Shown one piece after another: positions 9,791-20,000 of a DNA stretch of 40,050 bases (its first letter is position 1; every line of letters begins with the position of its first letter). This DNA comes from Candidatus Hydrogenedens sp. (lineage in GTDB: Bacteria; Hydrogenedentota; Hydrogenedentia; Hydrogenedentales; Hydrogenedentaceae). Made by a program: the position numbers and the translations under genes. The notes beneath the pieces were generated by a model. That model was not told the origin of the DNA. It saw only the letters and a list, made by a program, of their open reading frames with translations, and made no database searches. Location of the stretch: positions 1 to 40,050 of the forward strand of contig JBMFRC010000026.1 in assembly GCA_049968235.1 (NCBI GenBank), read 5' to 3'.

Positions 9791-10447
9791 TTATTGAAAC
9801 CTTCCTATGATAGTTAATCCTGCATAAACTTTCTCTTTATCTTTTACATAAATTTCACAATTCAAAGGTAGATATAATTCTACACGAGAACCAAATTTTA
9901 TCATACCAAATTTCTCCCCCTTTTTAAGAAAAGTCCCTTCTTTTATCGGACATACAATCCTTCGTGCAATTTTGCCTGCGATTTGTCTAACCGTAATATC
10001 CCCTCTTTTTGTTTCTATGAAAAGAGTATTGGATTCATTATATTCACTGGATTGGCTTTTCATTGCGTTCATAAATTTGCCTTTTTTATAAACAATCTTT
10101 TTTATAACTCCATCATAAGGAGAACGGTTTACATGGGCATTAAATACGGACATAAAAATAGATACTCTTAAACATTTTCCGTCATAGTATTCTTTTTTTT
10201 CTATTTCTTTAATTTCTACAATGGTTCCATCTGCAGGTGAAGTAATTTCATCTTCTTTTGTAGTTATTTTTCTTGGGAAATCCCTGAAGAAAAATAGAAT
10301 AAAAATTGATAATATGAAAATGACTATCCCTATAGGTAGTAACGATTTGTAATATATAAGTCCTATGTAGGTCAATAACAACCCTATAAGCATACAGGGT
10401 AAATAATATTTCATTCCTATAATCCAGGCATTAACGGATTGATTCAA
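9791..10447 (-). CDS. psd: Phosphatidylserine decarboxylase proenzyme (short form)
   Basis: 218 aa. The C-terminal GS self-cleavage region MIKFGSRVELYLP is present. It is paired with pssA. Its 4-nt start overlap with the radC stop suggests coupling. Confidence 0.75.
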   Translation of the reverse strand: MNQSVNAWIIGMKYYLPCMLIGLLLTYIGLIYYKSLLPIGIVIFILSIFILFFFRDFPRKITTKEDEITSPADGTIVEIKEIEKKEYYDGKCLRVSIFMSVFNAHVNRSPYDGVIKKIVYKKGKFMNAMKSQSSEYNESNTLFIETKRGDITVRQIAGKIARRIVCPIKEGTFLKKGEKFGMIKFGSRVELYLPLNCEIYVKDKEKVYAGLTIIGRFQ

Positions 10448-11139
10448 AATAGTCCCCTTTCTTTTAAACTTACATATTTTCCATCGCCGAATATAATATG
10501 GTCTAAAAGTTGAACACCAATAATAGCACCGGCATCTTTTAACTGTTTTGTAATATCAATATCGGTTTGACTGGGTTCCGGGTCCCCTGAGGGATGGTTA
10601 TGTGTGATAATTATATTAGGAGCACCAATTCTAACTGCAAGTCGGAATACATCCATTGGGCTGGCAACAGTACTATCCAGACCTCCTTGTGATATGGTTT
10701 CGATTTTTATTACATCGTTTCTTATATTTAATAAAATACAAATAAAGCGTTCCGTTTCGTATTCTTTGTATCGATTCATCATTAAATCAGCCACATCTGC
10801 TGGTTTCAGTATCCTTTTTATGAATGTTTTTTTATGTTCGATAAGTCGTTTTCCTAATTCAAGTGCTGCTTTTAATTCGATTGCTTTAACTTTTCCAACT
10901 CCTTTTATTTGTTGTATTTCTTCGATGCTCGCCTGTGATAGTCTCCTTATGTCTCCAAAGGTATTTAATAAATGTTCTGCTAATTCAACAGCATTTTTTT
11001 CCTGTGTTCCTGTTCTGAAAAGCACTGCTATTAGTTCAGCATCACGAAGTGCTTCTGGACCGTTTTTTTCCAGTCTTTCTCGTGGTCTATCATCTATTGA
11101 CATTTCTCGAATAGTTTTTTTATATTGATATTCTTCCAT
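10444..11139 (-). CDS. radC: RadC-family JAB/MPN domain protein (UPF0758)
   Basis: 231 aa. The JAMM-like motif HNHPSGDPEPSQTDIDITK and an N-terminal helix-hairpin-helix region are present. Confidence 0.85.
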   Translation of the reverse strand: MEEYQYKKTIREMSIDDRPRERLEKNGPEALRDAELIAVLFRTGTQEKNAVELAEHLLNTFGDIRRLSQASIEEIQQIKGVGKVKAIELKAALELGKRLIEHKKTFIKRILKPADVADLMMNRYKEYETERFICILLNIRNDVIKIETISQGGLDSTVASPMDVFRLAVRIGAPNIIITHNHPSGDPEPSQTDIDITKQLKDAGAIIGVQLLDHIIFGDGKYVSLKERGLF

Positions 11140-11152
11140 AATTGTTTTTTGA

Positions 11153-12007
11153 CTACTTTGTTTTGTTCCAATTTCCTTTTACAACTCGTGGTAATTTTTG
11201 TAAATCGAATAGTGTTTTTATATTATCATATCCGTTTTCCTGAAATATTCTTTCCACAGTTTCTTTCTGGTCATCTCCTATTTCTAACAAAAGCCAGCCG
11301 TCCATGGTTAAATATCTTCGGGCTTCGGAAATAATTTTTTGAATTATATAAGTTCCATCACCCGGGCAAAAAAGTGCTCGTGAATCTTCATAATCTTTGA
11401 CTGTGGAGGGTAGAATATCTCTATTTTTTTCGGGAATATAAGGAGGATTAGCTAAGATAATATCAAATTTATTTTTATCATCTAAAGAAGTGAAAAGATT
11501 GCAAATAATAAAATTTATGGATGATTTATTTTCTTCTGTATTATGCTTTGCCAGTATAACAGCCTTTTCATTTATATCTGTTGCGATACATTTTACTTTT
11601 TTACAAGCATTATTATATACGGCTATAGATATACAACCTGTTCCTGTACATAACTCCAAAATATTAAATTTTTCTTTATTCTTTTTCTTTATTATCTTTA
11701 ATGTTTCTTCTACAAGGAGTTCGGTTTCGGGTCGAGGTATAAATACAGGTGGCACTGTTTTAATTTTTATTCCAAAAAATTCAGTATAGCCAAGTATATA
11801 TGCTATAGGCTCATGCTTTTTTCTTCTTTCTAACCATTGATTGAGTTGTTCTGGAATAGTAATTTCTTCTTTTATTTTACTCAGTAATTCTGCTCTTTTC
11901 GTATTTAATGCATGGGCAAGTAGCAATTCTGCTTCAAATCGCGGATTATCTGATACAGGTTTGAGTTGATTTGAAATTTGATTAAGCAATACCCAAAGGG
12001 AAGGCAT
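11153..12007 (-). CDS. prmC: Release factor glutamine N5-methyltransferase (HemK/PrmC)
   Basis: The NPPY motif (ILANPPYIP) is present. The SAM-binding segment LELCTGTGCISIA is present. It is immediately downstream of prfA. Confidence 0.85.
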   Translation of the reverse strand: MPSLWVLLNQISNQLKPVSDNPRFEAELLLAHALNTKRAELLSKIKEEITIPEQLNQWLERRKKHEPIAYILGYTEFFGIKIKTVPPVFIPRPETELLVEETLKIIKKKNKEKFNILELCTGTGCISIAVYNNACKKVKCIATDINEKAVILAKHNTEENKSSINFIICNLFTSLDDKNKFDIILANPPYIPEKNRDILPSTVKDYEDSRALFCPGDGTYIIQKIISEARRYLTMDGWLLLEIGDDQKETVERIFQENGYDNIKTLFDLQKLPRVVKGNWNKTK

Positions 12008-12013
12008 GAGTTC

Positions 12014-13117
12014 TTACTTTGTTTGAGAAGTTTCTATTTCTGCGAGTTGAGATAATCTTTCTGCCTGGTCTGCCGTTACAAGAGCATCAATAATAGGTTG
12101 TAATTCTCCATCTAAAACTTTATCGAGAGAATATAGTGTAAGTCCTATTCTATGTTCAGTTATTCGATTTTGAGGGAAATTATAAGTCCTAATTCTTTCA
12201 CTTCTATCACCGGAACCGACTTGTATTTTCCTGTGTTCTGAACGTGTCTTTTGTTCTTCGTGTGTTTTAATATCTAAAAGTCGTGAACGGAGAACCTTTA
12301 ATGCTCTTGCTTTATTTTTATGCTGAGACCGTTCATCCTGACATGTAACAACAATCCCTGTAGGAATATGTGTAATACGAACAGCAGAATCAGTGGTATT
12401 AACTCCTTGTCCTCCATGTCCTGAAGAACGATATACATCTATCTGTAGATCTTTGGGGTCGATATCTATATCAATTTCATCTGCTTCTGGCAAAACGGCA
12501 ACTGTTACAGCGGAAGTATGAACTCTACCCTGTGCTTCTGTTTCGGGAACCCGCTGTACACGATGGACTCCTCCTTCGTATTTTAATTGACTATAAACCG
12601 ATTGACCGGAAATTTGAAAACAAACTTCTTTATACCCTCCTAACTCAGTGGGATGTGCGTCTAAAAGTTCTACTTTCCAGCCTTTCTTTTCCGCAAATCG
12701 TATATACATTCTATATAAATCTGCGACGAATAATCCTGCTTCTTCCCCTCCTGTTCCTGCTCTTATTTCTATAATTGTATTTTTTTCATCATTGGGGTCT
12801 TTCGGAAGAAGTAAAATACGAAGTTTTTGCTCTAATTCGACTAATTCGGATTGCAAAATATATTTTTCTTCCTGTGCCAGATTAATTAATTCAGGGTCCG
12901 TTTCTTCTTTTATTATTTCTTCTGTTAAATTTAAGTGTTTTTCTTTGAGTTCAAATAATTTATAAGTTTGAACAATGTCTTCCATTTCCCGCTGTGTTTT
13001 AACAAGTTTCCGATATGCCTCGGGGTCACAAGCAACTTCAGGGGAAGCCATTTTTTCATTTAGACGGTTATACTCATTAACAATAGCGCTTATTTTTTCG
13101 CGCAGTAGGGTATCCAT
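12014..13117 (-). CDS. prfA: Peptide chain release factor 1
   Basis: 367 aa with the GGQ motif ([24 protein letters not shown]). The gene order is the classic prfA-prmC. Confidence 0.95.
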   Translation of the reverse strand: MDTLLREKISAIVNEYNRLNEKMASPEVACDPEAYRKLVKTQREMEDIVQTYKLFELKEKHLNLTEEIIKEETDPELINLAQEEKYILQSELVELEQKLRILLLPKDPNDEKNTIIEIRAGTGGEEAGLFVADLYRMYIRFAEKKGWKVELLDAHPTELGGYKEVCFQISGQSVYSQLKYEGGVHRVQRVPETEAQGRVHTSAVTVAVLPEADEIDIDIDPKDLQIDVYRSSGHGGQGVNTTDSAVRITHIPTGIVVTCQDERSQHKNKARALKVLRSRLLDIKTHEEQKTRSEHRKIQVGSGDRSERIRTYNFPQNRITEHRIGLTLYSLDKVLDGELQPIIDALVTADQAERLSQLAEIETSQTK

Positions 13118-13135
13118 ATTAATAAATTTTTTCAG

Positions 13136-13360
13136 TTAGTTAGATTGATTTTTGGGGCTTGTTTTTCTGGCATATTTTTTCTGGAATCTTTCTACCCTAC
13201 CTTCACTATCAACGAACTTTTGCCTTCCCGTAAAAAAAGGGTGGCAATTGGAACAGATTTCGACATTAATATTAGGTTTTGTAGCGCGTGTTTTAAATGT
13301 GTTGCCACAAGCACATTTTACAACAGATTCAACATAATTCGGATGGATACCTTCTTTCAT
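13136..13360 (-). CDS. rpmE: 50S ribosomal protein L31
   Basis: 74 aa, MKEGIHPNY...CxCG...[10 protein letters not shown], which is the zinc-ribbon form of L31. Confidence 0.9.
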   Translation of the reverse strand: MKEGIHPNYVESVVKCACGNTFKTRATKPNINVEICSNCHPFFTGRQKFVDSEGRVERFQKKYARKTSPKNQSN

Positions 13361-13461
13361 TTTTTTCTCCTATAAGTTTTTATAAATATAGTTTTCCCCA
13401 TGAAAAATCGAAGATATATTATATCAATAATAATATATTATTATCAAAAGACCAATTTTTC

Positions 13462-14982
13462 TTAATGATTTTCTAAAGCATCTCGTATTGCAATAAATTT
13501 ATTAACAGCGTTCAGATATGCTTTTACTGCAGCCTCTACAATATCAGTACTCGAACCATTCCCTGTGATATTTTTACCATTAAATTTTACAACAACAGTT
13601 GCTTCACCTACTGCATCTTTTCCCGGAGTGGTTGCACGAATATCGAATTGTTCTAATTGACCTAACACACCTGTAATTCGTTCGATGGCTTTACATGCGG
13701 CATCAACAGGTCCATCCCCAATAGCAGTATCCATTAATTGTTCGTTACCTTTTCTCAACTTTACTAAAGCGGTATAGGGGTCATGACCAGCGGTTCGAAC
13801 TTGTTCTAAATGATAAGTTTCTACTTGTTCCTGATGCAATGATACAATCAATAGGATAATATCTTCATCATAAATTTCTTTTTTTCGTTCCGCTAACGCC
13901 ATAAATTTTTCATACAATTTATCCAATTCCTCTTTATTAAGACTATATCCCAAATCTTCACAGCGTTTTGCTAAACCTGCTCTACCGGAGTGTTTTCCTA
14001 AAACAAGAGTAGAACGAACATTTCCAATCATTTCCGGTGTTATAATTTCATAGGTTTTCGTATTTGCAATTATGCCATGTTGATGTATTCCTGATTCATG
14101 AGCAAAGGCATTTCTTCCAACAATTGGTTTGTTGTAAGGGACCTTTAATCCTGTTAATTTACTTAATAGATTACTTGAAGGCATAATTTCATTGGTTATA
14201 ATATTACAACTATATGGATAAATATCATGTCGAGTATGTAATATCATTACTAATTCTTCCATAGAAGTATTGCCGGCTCTTTCCCCTATTCCGTTTACGG
14301 TACATTCAATTTGTCTCGCACCACCTTCCAGTGCGGATAGTGCATTTGATACAGCCAATCCTAAGTCATTATGGTTATGACAGGAGAAAATGACATTTTC
14401 TGGAGGTTGGACTTTATCTATAACATAGGCGAACATATCTTTGATTTCACTGGGGGTTATATACCCTACAGTATCCGGCAAGTTGATTACATCTGCACCG
14501 GCATCAATGGCTACCTTTGTTAATTCAACCAAAAAGTCCCATTCAGAACGGGTTGCATCTTCAGCGGAAAACTCTACTCGGGGAATTAAACTTTTTGCAA
14601 GTTTGACCGCTTCTTTTGTTCTCTGTAATACCTGTTTAGGTGTCATTTTTAATTTATATTCCATATGGATTGGCGAACTGGCAATGAAAGTATGTAATGT
14701 GGATTTCTCTGCAGGTTTTAGTGCTTCTGCTGCGCATTTAATATCTTCATCCAATGCTCTGGCAAGACCTGCTACTCTACAATTTTTAATTGTTTTCGCG
14801 ATTTTTTGAACTGCTTCAAATTCTTGTTTGGAGGCAATTGGGAAACCCGCTTCTATCGTATCAACTCCTAATTTTTCTAATTGTAAAGCCATCTGCAATT
14901 TTTCCTGAACATTCATACTTGCGCCGGGTGATTGTTCTCCATCTCTTAATGTTGTGTCAAAAATCTCAAATTTAATACTCAT
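13462..14982 (-). CDS. leuA: 2-isopropylmalate synthase or (R)-citramalate synthase (LeuA/CimA family)
   Basis: 506 aa. The N-terminal DRE-TIM metallolyase motif FDTTLRDGEQSPGASM is present. The length includes a C-terminal LeuA-dimer regulatory domain. LeuA cannot be distinguished from CimA by eye. Confidence 0.8.
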   Translation of the reverse strand: MSIKFEIFDTTLRDGEQSPGASMNVQEKLQMALQLEKLGVDTIEAGFPIASKQEFEAVQKIAKTIKNCRVAGLARALDEDIKCAAEALKPAEKSTLHTFIASSPIHMEYKLKMTPKQVLQRTKEAVKLAKSLIPRVEFSAEDATRSEWDFLVELTKVAIDAGADVINLPDTVGYITPSEIKDMFAYVIDKVQPPENVIFSCHNHNDLGLAVSNALSALEGGARQIECTVNGIGERAGNTSMEELVMILHTRHDIYPYSCNIITNEIMPSSNLLSKLTGLKVPYNKPIVGRNAFAHESGIHQHGIIANTKTYEIITPEMIGNVRSTLVLGKHSGRAGLAKRCEDLGYSLNKEELDKLYEKFMALAERKKEIYDEDIILLIVSLHQEQVETYHLEQVRTAGHDPYTALVKLRKGNEQLMDTAIGDGPVDAACKAIERITGVLGQLEQFDIRATTPGKDAVGEATVVVKFNGKNITGNGSSTDIVEAAVKAYLNAVNKFIAIRDALENH

Positions 14983-15044
14983 ATATTTAAACTCCTAAAA
15001 ATTATCGTATTTCTTTTAGCTAACATGATATTTAATTGGGTTAT

Positions 15045-15055
15045 ATTATATCATA
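15045..15055 (-). promoter_or_regulatory. Candidate extended -10 promoter element (TGaTATAAT) upstream of leuA
   Basis: The reverse complement of 15045-15055 is TATGATATAAT. This is a perfect TGnTATAAT extended -10, about 65 nt upstream of the leuA ATG, in the 131-nt queG-leuA spacer. Confidence 0.3.
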
Positions 15056-15113
15056 AACAAGTTCAGTATTTATTAGCATATACTTATCAACAAAAACGGA
15101 ATTCCCTAAATAT

Positions 15114-16058
15114 CTATTCCCTATTTTTTGAATAAATTTCAATATTCCTCTTAATTCTATTAAATCCAGATTTTATTAATGGAGTTTCTCCAAAATAAGT
15201 ATTAAATTCTAAAGTTTTCATATTTGAAATTTTATCTACATCAATTTCATCTAATATGCAAAGTTTCTCATTTTTAGAAAAGGTTGTGTTCTGATTCCAT
15301 GGACATATTTTCTGGCATATATCGCAGCCAAAAATTGTATTTTGTATGTTTTTCTGAATGTTTAACGGTATTTCATTTTTGTTTTCGATAGTATGGTAAG
15401 ATATACATTTTCTACAATCAATATAACCTTCTTTATTTATGGCACCTGTTGGACATGTTTGTATACATTTATTACATTCTCCACAATGATTATTCATTTC
15501 TTGTTCAGGTATTAAATAAATATTAACGGCTAAAATTCCTAAAAGTAACCATGAACCCAATTGTGGGTGAATAATAAGTGAATTTTTTCCCTGCCAGCCA
15601 ATTCCTGCACGAATAGCCCATGTTTTTTCGTGAACATGCCCTGCATCAACAGATATTTTGAACTTAAATCCGTCTATAATTTCAGATAGAAAAGTGCTAA
15701 TACAAATTATTTTTTTGTTTATTACTTTATGATAATCGTATCCATGTGCATACATGGCTATTTGTTTGTTATGACAATGATGAAAATAATTATAGGCAAA
15801 TACAATTATTGATTTTGCTTCCGGGAACCATTTGAGTATTTCTTCTCTTTCAGAAACACTCCTCTCAAACCATTGCATATCTGCATGACACCCCATTTGT
15901 ATCCATTCTCTTAGATAATAAACTGTATTTTGTGGTTTTACTTTTGCTACTCCCCATGTTGCAAATCCGAGTTCTTTTGCAATGGTATTTATTTTAAATT
16001 TGATTTCTTTTTGGATTTCTATGTTCTTTTCTATATCTTCTAATATATATTTTTTCAC
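15114..16058 (-). CDS. queG: tRNA epoxyqueuosine(34) reductase
   Basis: 314 aa with two 4Fe-4S ferredoxin motifs, CGECNKCIQTCPTGAI and CDICQKICPWN. This arrangement is characteristic of QueG. Confidence 0.85.
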   Translation of the reverse strand: MKKYILEDIEKNIEIQKEIKFKINTIAKELGFATWGVAKVKPQNTVYYLREWIQMGCHADMQWFERSVSEREEILKWFPEAKSIIVFAYNYFHHCHNKQIAMYAHGYDYHKVINKKIICISTFLSEIIDGFKFKISVDAGHVHEKTWAIRAGIGWQGKNSLIIHPQLGSWLLLGILAVNIYLIPEQEMNNHCGECNKCIQTCPTGAINKEGYIDCRKCISYHTIENKNEIPLNIQKNIQNTIFGCDICQKICPWNQNTTFSKNEKLCILDEIDVDKISNMKTLEFNTYFGETPLIKSGFNRIKRNIEIYSKNRE

Positions 16059-16110
16059 TGTAACATTCTCTTTTATTCTTGTGTTTATTTTAATAAGAAA
16101 GGCTACTTGT

Positions 16111-16491
16111 ATGAAACCTATTGTTGTTTACGATGATACATGTGAAATGTGCAGAAATATTGTAAACTATATAAAGAAAAAATCAAATTCAGTAAATAAT
16201 GAATTGGAGTTTCTTCCGATATCGGAAATTGAAAATAATTTTGATATAGTAGAAGCAGACAAACAACAATTTAAAAAGTCTGTTCATCTTATTAATAATG
16301 AGCAAACACTTTCGAAATTCGAGGCTATACAAGAAATCTGCCAGAGGGTTAATATATTTCCTTCTCTTTATCGAATAAAATCTCCCCTTTTAATTTTTAT
16401 ATTAAATTCTCTTTATAAATTTATTGCCCGGTATAGGAATAATTGTCTTTTCCGATATCTATCCCGATTATTTTTTTTATGCCACTATTAA
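16111..16491 (+). CDS. DUF393/DCC-family thiol-disulfide oxidoreductase
   Basis: Taking MKPIVVYDDTCEMCRNIVNYI as the start, the DxxCxxC motif lies near the N-terminus. The upstream part of the track ORF is a spurious extension overlapping queG. Confidence 0.65.
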   Translation: MKPIVVYDDTCEMCRNIVNYIKKKSNSVNNELEFLPISEIENNFDIVEADKQQFKKSVHLINNEQTLSKFEAIQEICQRVNIFPSLYRIKSPLLIFILNSLYKFIARYRNNCLFRYLSRLFFLCHY

Positions 16492-16597
16492 ATATATTTT
16501 TGAACTATTTCCGTATGAATTATTAATTCTATTCCATTTTTCATTTATAATATATGAACTTTTCATATTATATTTTTTATTTTTAAGGGGATTAATT

Positions 16598-17086
16598 ATG
16601 AGTTTAAAAAAATTACCTGTATACCCATATTGTTTTGTTTGTGGAAAGCAAAATCCGTCTGGTCTTCAAAGCCAATTTTTTATTCAAGACCAATACACAT
16701 TACTTCCTGTTCGTTTTACAGATAAACATACAGGGTATCCTGGATTTGCCCACGGTGGAGTGGTTTCTTCTGCAATGGATGAAACTATGGCATGGGCTTC
16801 TGCGAGGTACTTTAAAAGAATGTGTGTTACTGCGGAATTTACAGTTCGATTTTTAAAACGAGTGCCATTAAATACAGACCTTTTAGTAAAGACATGGATA
16901 ACAAAAGGGCATCGTCTTATGGCAAGTACGGAAGGGATTCTCATAGATAAAGAAACCGAAGAAGTATTGGTTCGTTCTTGGGGCAAATTTATGCCCATAT
17001 CTGAAGAAGAAACACAGATTGTGGACCGTTATCTAATATATGATGAAAATACAGAGAAAATTTTTAACAATTCACATAACATATAA
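16598..17086 (+). CDS. PaaI-family hotdog-fold acyl-CoA thioesterase
   Basis: MSLKKLPVYPYCFVCGKQNP... with the GFAHGGVVSSAMDETMAWA active-site region. The zinc-ribbon-like CxxC start is common in this family. The upstream part of the track ORF is spurious. Confidence 0.7.
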   Translation: MSLKKLPVYPYCFVCGKQNPSGLQSQFFIQDQYTLLPVRFTDKHTGYPGFAHGGVVSSAMDETMAWASARYFKRMCVTAEFTVRFLKRVPLNTDLLVKTWITKGHRLMASTEGILIDKETEEVLVRSWGKFMPISEEETQIVDRYLIYDENTEKIFNNSHNI

Positions 17087-17100
17087 CTAAGAGAATACTT

Positions 17101-18162
17101 ATGAGACCACAATTAAAACCCATTCTGTGGGAGAATAGAAAGTTATATATTATAGACCAGACATTATTGCCATGTGTCTTAAATCATATACCTATTACAA
17201 CATTAGAAGAAACTGAAGAGGCTATAAAATTATTAAAGATTCGTGGAGCTCCTGCATTGGGTATTTTTGCTGGATTTGCTTTACTATCAATAGTTATCCA
17301 TAAAAAGCCCCAAGATGTTACGGAAGCAATGGAAATCATTAACTATTCAGCAGATGTGATAAAAAAAACAAGACCTACCGCCGTAAATTTGTTTTGGGCA
17401 ACGGACAGGATATTAAGAGTAGTTCGTAATTCCTCTAATGATAGTTTAAATAGTTTATTAAAAAATATGGAACAGGAAGCATTAAATATATATCAAGAGG
17501 AAACAAAGGCATGCCAACAAATAGGCATCTTGGGGAGTTCTCTGATACAAAATTTCACAACAGTACTAACTCATTGTAATGCTGGTGCATTAGCAACAGG
17601 GGAATATGGAACAGCACTCTCCCCTATTTATGTTTCTGCGGATGAGGGGAAAACTGTTCGTGTATATGCGGATGAAACAAGACCACTCCTTCAAGGGGCA
17701 CGATTAACAGCATGGGAATTGCAATATTCAGGGATACCCGTAACCCTGATTTGTGATAACATGGCGGGGCAAGTAATGAAAGAAAAAAAAGTGGATATGG
17801 TTATTGTAGGTGCTGACCGAATAGCCCAAAATGGAGATACTGCAAATAAAATTGGAACTTACTCGCTTTCAGTTCTAGCAAAATACCATAAAATACCCTT
17901 TTATGTTTCCGCTCCTTCTTCAACTTTTGACCTGAGCATCTCGGATGGTTCTCAGATACCTATTGAAGAACGGAAATCAGATGAAATTTATTTTTTCAAT
18001 AATAAAAGAATTGCACCCGAAGGTATCTCAATATATAATCCCGCTTTCGATGTAACACCTGCGGAAAATATTACCGCTTTTATCACAGAAAAAGGAATAA
18101 TCTATCCACCTTTTAATGAAACCATTGCAGAAACTATTGGTAATAGGGATGAAAAAAAATAA
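17101..18162 (+). CDS. mtnA: S-methyl-5-thioribose-1-phosphate isomerase (eIF-2B alpha/beta/delta-like family)
   Basis: 353 aa, MRPQL..LWENRKLYIIDQTLLP, with TLTHCNAGALAT and GADRIAQNGDTANKIGTY motifs. Confidence 0.8.
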   Translation: MRPQLKPILWENRKLYIIDQTLLPCVLNHIPITTLEETEEAIKLLKIRGAPALGIFAGFALLSIVIHKKPQDVTEAMEIINYSADVIKKTRPTAVNLFWATDRILRVVRNSSNDSLNSLLKNMEQEALNIYQEETKACQQIGILGSSLIQNFTTVLTHCNAGALATGEYGTALSPIYVSADEGKTVRVYADETRPLLQGARLTAWELQYSGIPVTLICDNMAGQVMKEKKVDMVIVGADRIAQNGDTANKIGTYSLSVLAKYHKIPFYVSAPSSTFDLSISDGSQIPIEERKSDEIYFFNNKRIAPEGISIYNPAFDVTPAENITAFITEKGIIYPPFNETIAETIGNRDEKK

Positions 18163-18982
18163 AGTTTATATAACAGACAATATTTGTATTCCTTCAAACA
18201 AGCTATTGTTAATTGCAGGACCTTGCGTAATTGAAAGTAGAGAACATACTTTATTCTTAGCAAAAGAATTAAAAGAAATATGTAAAGAGGTAGATGTCCA
18301 TTTTATTTTTAAGGCTTCTTTTGATAAAGCCAATAGAAGTCATATAGATGCATATCGAGGACCCGGAATAGAACGAGGTTTAAATATTTTACAAGAAGTT
18401 AAAGAAAAAATATTTGTTCCTGTCTTATCTGATATACATGAAACCTGGCAAGCCAAACTTTGTGCAGATGTACTTGATGTAATACAAATACCTGCGTTTC
18501 TTTCACGTCAAACCGATTTGCTTTTATCCGCTGGATATACCCAGAAAACAATCAATATAAAGAAGGGACAGTTTGTTGCACCATGGAATATGAAAGAGGT
18601 AATAGAGAAGGTGTTATATACAGGGAATAAAAATATCCTTTTAACAGAACGAGGAAGTTCTTTCGGTTATAATCAACTGGTTATGGACCCTTGTTCAATT
18701 CCCATTATGTCTGAATTTGGTTTTCCTATTATTATTGATGCTACACACAGCGTTCAGAAACCGGGTGCAGGTAAAAAGGGTTCGGGGGGAAATCGAGATT
18801 TGGCTCCTTATATTGCCAACGCAGGTCTTGCTGTAGGAGCAGATGGTATTTTCGTTGAAGTACATGAAAATCCTGAAAAGGCACTATCTGATAGTTCTAA
18901 TTCTCTTCGTTTATCGGAACTACCTTCTTATCTTAAGCGTTGGAAAAAACTTTTTAATTGTGTAAATGGAGATATTAAATGA
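18149..18982 (+). CDS. kdsA: 3-deoxy-8-phosphooctulonate (KDO-8-P) synthase
   Basis: MKKNKVYITD..LLLIAGPCVIES..., a DAHP/KDO8P synthase TIM barrel of about 277 aa. The internal Met at 18149 is preferred and gives a 14-nt overlap with the mtnA stop. The track start at 18116 is possible. Confidence 0.9.
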   Translation: MKKNKVYITDNICIPSNKLLLIAGPCVIESREHTLFLAKELKEICKEVDVHFIFKASFDKANRSHIDAYRGPGIERGLNILQEVKEKIFVPVLSDIHETWQAKLCADVLDVIQIPAFLSRQTDLLLSAGYTQKTINIKKGQFVAPWNMKEVIEKVLYTGNKNILLTERGSSFGYNQLVMDPCSIPIMSEFGFPIIIDATHSVQKPGAGKKGSGGNRDLAPYIANAGLAVGADGIFVEVHENPEKALSDSSNSLRLSELPSYLKRWKKLFNCVNGDIK

Positions 18983-19932
18983 GAAATATAGGGAAACGGG
19001 TTTTAAATTTAGAGGCACAAGCCATACAAAAAGCAAGTGAACGATTAGGAGTAGAATTTGACCAATGTGTACACTTACTGCGTAATGCAAAGGGAAGAAT
19101 TATCATAACAGGATTGGGAAAATCGGGACTCGTTGGTAAAAAAATCTCTGCTACCTTTGCTTCATGTGGGTATCCTTCTATTTTTATTCATGCAACAGAT
19201 GCAGTTCATGGTGACCTTGGGAACATAACAGAAAACGATGTTGTTATGGCGATTTCTTATAGTGGGGAAACTATAGAAGTTATTAATTTAATTCAATTTA
19301 TTAAGAGAATTGGGGCTAAATTGGTAGGGATATGTGGGAATTTAAATTCTCAATTAGCCAAATATAGTGATGTAGTATTGGATATATCTGTTGATAAAGA
19401 AGCGTGCCCCATAGGTCTTGTTCCGACCGCGTCCACAACATTAACATTAGCTATAGGTGATGCTCTTGCTGTTGCTTTAATGGAAATAGATGGGTTTAAT
19501 GAAGATACTTATAGAAAATATCATCCCGGAGGACAAATCGGTAAAAAATTACTGAAAGTAAAACATCTGATGCATACAGGAATTGAGATACCTTTTGTTT
19601 ATTTTACAATACCCATGGAGGAAACCATTAAGGAAATATCTAACAAAGGATTGGGAATGGTAGTTGTCATTGATGATAATCAAAAGGTAGTAGGTATAAT
19701 TACAGACGGAGATTTAAGAAGACTGCTACAAAAATATGGAGATTTTCTAAAAATGCAAACAAAAGACTGTATGCATTCATCACCTATTTGTATATCCCCA
19801 GATACTTTGGCAACTGAAGCATTAAAAATTATGGAAACCAATCGAATCACTTCTCTCATTGTTGTAAATGAAGAGGATAAACTATTAGGTGTAATTCATT
19901 TACATGATTTGTGGCGAACAGAAATGTTTTAA
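18979..19932 (+). CDS. kdsD: Arabinose-5-phosphate isomerase (KpsF/GutQ family; SIS domain plus tandem CBS domains)
   Basis: The SIS motif ITGLGKSGLVGKKISATFASCG is present. There is a C-terminal CBS pair. It is adjacent to kdsA. Confidence 0.85.
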   Translation: MRNIGKRVLNLEAQAIQKASERLGVEFDQCVHLLRNAKGRIIITGLGKSGLVGKKISATFASCGYPSIFIHATDAVHGDLGNITENDVVMAISYSGETIEVINLIQFIKRIGAKLVGICGNLNSQLAKYSDVVLDISVDKEACPIGLVPTASTTLTLAIGDALAVALMEIDGFNEDTYRKYHPGGQIGKKLLKVKHLMHTGIEIPFVYFTIPMEETIKEISNKGLGMVVVIDDNQKVVGIITDGDLRRLLQKYGDFLKMQTKDCMHSSPICISPDTLATEALKIMETNRITSLIVVNEEDKLLGVIHLHDLWRTEMF

Positions 19933-20000
19933 GTTTATTTTTTTGCCAATGCATTTTCTTTATAATAAGAAATCGAAATTTCTGTAATAAAGGTCATTTT

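Noticed and set aside
10604-11128. 174-aa plus-strand ORF antisense to radC
   Set aside because: It is low-complexity, Ser/Phe-rich and lies entirely within a well-supported minus-strand gene. This is a typical shadow ORF of an AT-rich coding strand. The same judgement applies to 2350-2781 (antisense to pheT), 12648-12965 (antisense to prfA), 14441-14809 (antisense to leuA), 32946-33338 (antisense to marR) and 35570-35878 and 35901-36164 (antisense to the TPR/CsgG-like gene).
13361-13461. AT-only near-palindrome (ATCAATAATAATATATTATTATCAA) between leuA and rpmE
   Set aside because: It is composed solely of A/T pairs, so hairpin stability would be negligible. It is probably just an AT-rich promoter region for rpmE, not a terminator or structured RNA.
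17101-18162. Alternative call of mtnA as ribose-1,5-bisphosphate isomerase or an eIF-2B-like subunit
   Set aside because: I cannot discriminate the subfamilies by eye. I kept the MtnA call at moderate confidence because of the bacterial context and motif pattern. A subfamily HMM would settle it.
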